Assembly (NCBI RefSeq): GCF_964213995.1
Contig: NC_135804.1
Span: 69,688,001 to 69,752,000 of the forward strand
Length of the DNA stretch: 64,000 bases
Source: Mustelus asterias
Lineage: Eukaryota
Reading direction: 5' to 3'
Shown: positions 59,440 to 64,000 of the stretch, piece after piece
Numbering within the stretch: the stretch's first letter is position 1
Layout of the letters: every line of letters begins with the position of its first letter
Translations under genes and position numbers: made by a program
The notes under the pieces: model-generated
Told to the model about the DNA's origin: nothing
Seen by the model: only the letters and a program-made list of their open reading frames with translations
Database searches by the model: none

Positions 59440-60120
59440 AGACCAGAGAGCCCCATAATTTCATCCCCAGTCTGTGCTTAGTTAGTTACAATAGGCTTAA
59501 TCCAGGGGACCAGAGAGAATACATCAGTCTGCATGTGTGAGAAATCATCATCATTGTCTTTATATAAACTCTGCCTGGAAGAAGGTTATAGATCATTTCA
59601 TCCATGTCTCCTTAATCATGTGCCATTCTTTTCATTGCCATTAAATTTCTTCGGTTTTCAAGACATTGAGTATTGTTCTTCCTCCTCTTACTATTTCCCT
59701 CGAAGACTTCCTCCCTAATATCGCTTAAAAGTCAATTTCCTCGAAATGTGTGCCATATTGCTTTGCCCTTTCATTCTCTGCAACACTTCACCATTTGTTA
59801 CTTTTTCTCTCCAACTTATTCTGCCCATTCTCCTCCAAACCTACATTTTATAGTCACTTACCAAGCTGCTTTCATCCTTCCAGAAGGTCCAAATCACACA
59901 TCCAGACAAAATAACCTTCCAAATCAAGTTGAGTATAAATTGTGTCTTGAGTTGTTTATTCACTTTTCTGGTTAGCAATCATTTCTTCTTCCCCAGTGTG
60001 GCCTTTCCCATTGTCATCCTAGTTCTCACTTCTTTGTTGATTCTTCCATCTTCAGATACTATGCTTCCTAAGTACTTGAATTCTTGCAACATTCTTGTTC
60101 TCTCCTTTCTAAATAAAGAT
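59440..60120 (-). mobile_element. Old RTE-clade LINE 3' fragment
   Basis: Minus strand EFKYLGSIVSEDGRINKEVRTRMTMGKA; downstream EGKRxRGRRR-like remnant. Confidence 0.65.
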
Positions 60121-60364
60121 TTTATGGTCAGACTTTAAGGCATGCATCACATTGGTTGTGTGGAAAATGAGGGCGTAAATTCTATCGTACCTAAAGTACT
60201 AAAACTTAAGGTAAATTAGTGAATTAGGATGAATATGAAATGCAGGTTAGGAGGTTAAGGAAATGCTTAGAGAGTGTACACAGAAATCGAACTCAGGACA
60301 GCAGAAATATTGAGAGCAAACTCAGGTTGGAAGAATGTCTACACAGTAAGCTAGAAAAAGGCAT

Positions 60365-61345
60365 AGAGGGGAGAATCATTCCAAAAAAATGGCAGATGTC
60401 GTTTCTGGTGAGAAAATTAGCATGTTTCTCTCCAGAAAAACATACTGGTTTTCTCTCCATTTCTTACGACAAACTGCCTTTTAAAAATAAAGGGGGAATG
60501 TTTCATGCCATCATACAGGATGTGGGGGCCTAAAAACGCCAACACCTGGCTGCACAGAAATCTGGCCACCATCTTTAAATGATGTCCTGATTATAACAGG
60601 AATAAACCTCCTTCCAGCCCATCCTGGAGTTCTCGGGGTTCCACTCCCCACCCTCATCAGAGTCTGCACACCTCTCATGCCCTCTTCCCCCAATCATCGG
60701 TCCCTTTGCCCCCCCTTCCTGCTGATCATTGACCCCTTCATCCTGATCATTGGTCCCTTTCCCATAGATATTGGCTCTACCCTCTCCCTCCCCCAATCAT
60801 CGGTCCATCCCCGCCCCCACACAGTTGAAGCTGGCACCCACCCACACTCCCAACCCCAACGGACATCACCAACATCCCCTGCTCCCCTGCTCTTACATCC
60901 ACTTCCAAATCTGAATGAACCCCCCCTCCCCCATAAAGTTTCCACTGGAGCCCGCCCCTTGGCACAGTTTAGCACTGCCAGGTTGGCATGGGCATGGTGC
61001 CAACTTGTCAGTGCCAACCTGTGCCAAGGGGAAGTGACATGGGGCATTACAAGGCCACTTCCTGGCCATGTCCCTCTCCCCAGGGGCTATATTTATATTT
61101 ACGCCCTTCCAGGAGACCCCACCACTGTTTCGCATCTATGTTAACTTGCTGAATATCCAGTGAGGGGAAGAATCCTGGAGAGAGTGCTCATTAATGAAAT
61201 GTTAATGTATTAAAATGAGCTTTCTGCATTCCCACAGCATGTTTTGTATCAGTCTGCTGGCGAGGCGCCTTGAAAATTGTAACTCGGAAACACGCCAGTG
61301 TGAATCGTGCTTTCTGGAGTTTGAGTGCGCTCTGCCATTCTCACA
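60365..61345. mobile_element. Probable decayed non-autonomous Harbinger-type element
   Basis: Starts gggagaatc like the Harbinger TIR; C-rich internal repeats and a gtgcc/ggcac palindromic cluster; right end unresolved. Confidence 0.4.
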
Positions 61346-61499
61346 TACAGAGAGTCATAAAATCATAGAATCATACAGCGCAGGAAAGGCCTTTCGGCCA
61401 ATTGAGTTTGAACTGACAATAACTACTACTAAAGTCACACTAATCCCATTTTCCTGCACTTGTCCCATTTCACTGAATATTATGATGTTTCAAGTCAAC

Positions 61500-61653
61500 A
61501 TCTTGAATCTCGATAAACCTTTCTCAGAACTCTGACGAAGGGTCACCCAGACTGTCTCTATTCTCTCTCCACAGATGCTGTTAGACCTGCTGAGATTCTC
61601 CAGCATTTTCTCTTTTTGCTTCAGGTTCCAGCATCCGCAGTATTTTGCTTTTA
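61500..61653 (+). mobile_element. Penelope-like terminal fragment of a second family, with a truncated hammerhead box
   Basis: tctgacgaagggtca...tctctccacagatgctgttagacctgctgag; GAAA box missing. Confidence 0.55.
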
Positions 61654-62197
61654 TCTGGAGTACTGTGCTCAGTTCTGGACGCCTCATTGCAGGAAGGATG
61701 TGGAAAAGATTGAAAGGGTGCAGAGGAGATTTACAAGGATGTTGCCTGGATTGAGTGGCATGCCTTATGAGGATAGGCTGCGGGAGCTCGCTCTTTTCTC
61801 CTTGGAGAGATGTAGGATGAGAGGAGACCTAATAGATGTATATAAGATGTTGAGAGGCATAGGTCGGGTGGACTCTCAGAGGCTTTTTCCCAGGGTGGAA
61901 GTGGCTGCTACGAGAGGGCACAGGTTTAAGGTGCTGGGGGGTAGGTACAGGGGAAATGTTCGGGGGAAGTTTTTCACACAGAGAGTGGTGGGCGAGTGGA
62001 ATCGGCTGCCGTCAGTGGTGGTGGAGGCAAACTCAATAGGGTATTTTAAGAGACTCCTGGATGAGTACATGGGACTTAATAGGATGGAGGGTTATAGGTA
62101 GGCCTAAAAGGTAGGGATATGTTCGGCACAACTTGTGGGACCGAAGGGCCTGTTTTGTGCTGTAGTTTTTCTATGTTTCTTCCATGTTTCTATCTAT
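61654..62197 (+). mobile_element. 5'-truncated CR1
   Basis: LEYCAQFWTPH...FTQRVVGEWNRLP; (tttctatg)n tail. Confidence 0.9.
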
Positions 62198-62199
62198 GA

Positions 62200-62562
62200 T
62201 GTTTCAAGTTCTCATCCAAATACTTATTAAAAGTTGTAAGATTTCCAGCCTCCACTATCTCCTGAGACAGTGCTTTTCAGATTCCCACCACCTTCTGTGT
62301 AAAAAATGTTTTCTCAAATCCCCTCTGAATCTCCAGCCCCTTACCCAAAAACTGTGCCCTCTCGTGATTGACCCCTCAACTAAGGGAATATTTACGCTGT
62401 CCATACCCCTCATTATCTTATACACCTCAATACACATCAATTATGGTCCCTCCTCAGCCTTCTCTGCTCCAGAGAAAATAATCCAAGCCTATCCAGTCTC
62501 TCCTATAGTTTAAATGCTCCATCGTAAGCAACATCCTGGTGAGTCTCCTCTGTACCCTCTCA
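62200..62562 (-). mobile_element. Older CR1 3' fragment
   Basis: IEVYKIMRGMDSV...EGSITRGHSF. Confidence 0.75.
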
Positions 62563-63257
62563 GGCTCAAAATCACCCGCAGAATCATAGCTTCATATAAA
62601 TGTAGAGTGCAGGAAGGAGATATTTAACTATCACCTCTCTGCTCGCTGAAAAGAAGCTCTCCATCCAAATCTCACTTGGAGGTTAGCACATATGGAGGTA
62701 TTTCAATAACCTCTATATTAGAAATTGCAACAAGGCTTTCTGACTTTGCCACCCTATTAAACAGTTAGTGCCAGACTCCAATACAATCTGGATTGCAAAG
62801 ATTGTCTGAAATTCTCCTCTAATTCTTCTGACAATTTCTTGCTTTTCATACTTTCATGGGATGTGGGTGTCGCTGGCTGGGACGGCATATTTTTGCCATC
62901 CCTAATTGTCCTTGAATAGAGGGGCTTGCTAGGTCATTTCAGAGAGCAGTTAATAGCCAAGAACATTGCTGTGGGTCTGAAGTCACATTTAGGCCAAACC
63001 AGGTAAGGATGATACATTTCCTTCCCTAAAGAACATCAGTGAACCTGATGGGTTTTCACAGTAATTGATGCTAGTTTCATGGTTACCATGACTGAACTGA
63101 GATTAGATTTTAATTCCAGATTTAAGTTTACTTCCATGGTGGGATTTGAACCAGTGTTCTCATAGAATTCAATTGGGCCTCTGGATTACTAAGATTAAAA
63201 TGACATTACCACTGGACCATCATCTCTCTAATTACAGTTAATGATACTGTGATACTG

Positions 63258-63505
63258 TAAAGTTACTGTGAAAATCCCCATGTCACCACAGCCCTATTCG
63301 GGTAAACTGAAGGAGAATCTTGCATGCCCAATGCACCAAAACAGCAGGTCTTTCAGACTGTGGGAGGAAACCAGAGCACCCGGAGGAAACCCAAGCAAAC
63401 AAGGGGAGAACGTGCAGACTCCACACAGACAGTGACCAGTGCTGGGAATTGAAACCGGGTCCCTGGCACTGTGAGGCAGCAGTGCTTCCCATGGTGCTAC
63501 CATGC
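63258..63505 (-). mobile_element. V-SINE, alternative tail
   Basis: tRNA head and V-core. Confidence 0.8.
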
Positions 63506-63728
63506 CATCTTGTTGGAAATAGTAATTGTCTGGAAAGTATTTGGCATGAGCATAACTTGCCACTTTTCAGCCCAAGCGGAATATTGTGCTGGTATTGCTG
63601 TATATGTATTCAGTGCAATCACCGTTTATAGACATCAATAAATCTGTCCTCAGATTCCTCTGTTGTAAAGAAAACAGACTATCCCACCTTTCCTCAAATC
63701 CCAGATCATGTAATTTGAATTCGATTTT

Positions 63729-64000
63729 GGGGCGGCACAGTAGCACAGTGGTTAGCACTGCTGCTTCACAGCTCCAGGGTCCCGGGTTCGATTCCTGGCT
63801 CGGGTCACTGTCTGTGTGGAGTTTGCACATTCTCCTCGTGTCTGCATGGGTTTCCTCCGGGTGCTCCGGTTTCCTCCCACAGTCCAAAGATGTGTGGGTT
63901 AGGTTGATTGGCCAGGTTAAAAATTGCCCCTTAGAGTCCTGAGATGCATAGGTTAGAGGGATTAGAGGGTAAATATGTAGGGGTAGGGCCTGGGTGGGAT
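63729..64000 (+). mobile_element. Young V-SINE (HE1-like), runs off the window end
   Basis: ggggcggcacagtagcacagtgg head, ggttcgattcc B box, V-core. Confidence 0.9.

Overview
Vertebrate genomic DNA, most likely a shark or other cartilaginous fish (inferred from HE1/V-SINE-type tRNA SINEs, abundant CR1 LINEs, Penelope and Harbinger elements). Most of the window is nested transposable-element debris, and most short ORFs in the six-frame track are spurious or TE fragments. One host gene can be assembled from splice sites: a 4-exon + strand immunoglobulin-superfamily gene (leader 20754-20808, V exon 21138-21437, C1 exon 24407-24712, TM/cytoplasmic exon 30647-30789). All three introns are GT-AG phase 1, giving 804 nt and 267 aa. 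It encodes a non-rearranging antigen-receptor-like protein: a compact V domain with a germline-fused J-like G strand, a C1-set domain, an Arg at the start of the TM segment and a short Tyr-free tail ending KTEL. Other highlights: (1) an intact full-length CR1 LINE inserted antisense into the 3'UTR of a sister copy, creating a ~1.5 kb near-perfect inverted repeat ~2 kb upstream of the gene; (2) an intronic fold-back of two Penelope ends, each with a hammerhead-ribozyme motif, enclosing a 212-bp copy of nearby intron sequence; (3) three decayed two-gene Harbinger transposons; (4) two 499-bp hAT deletion derivatives; (5) two solo LTRs; (6) an intronic tRNA-Lys pseudogene.
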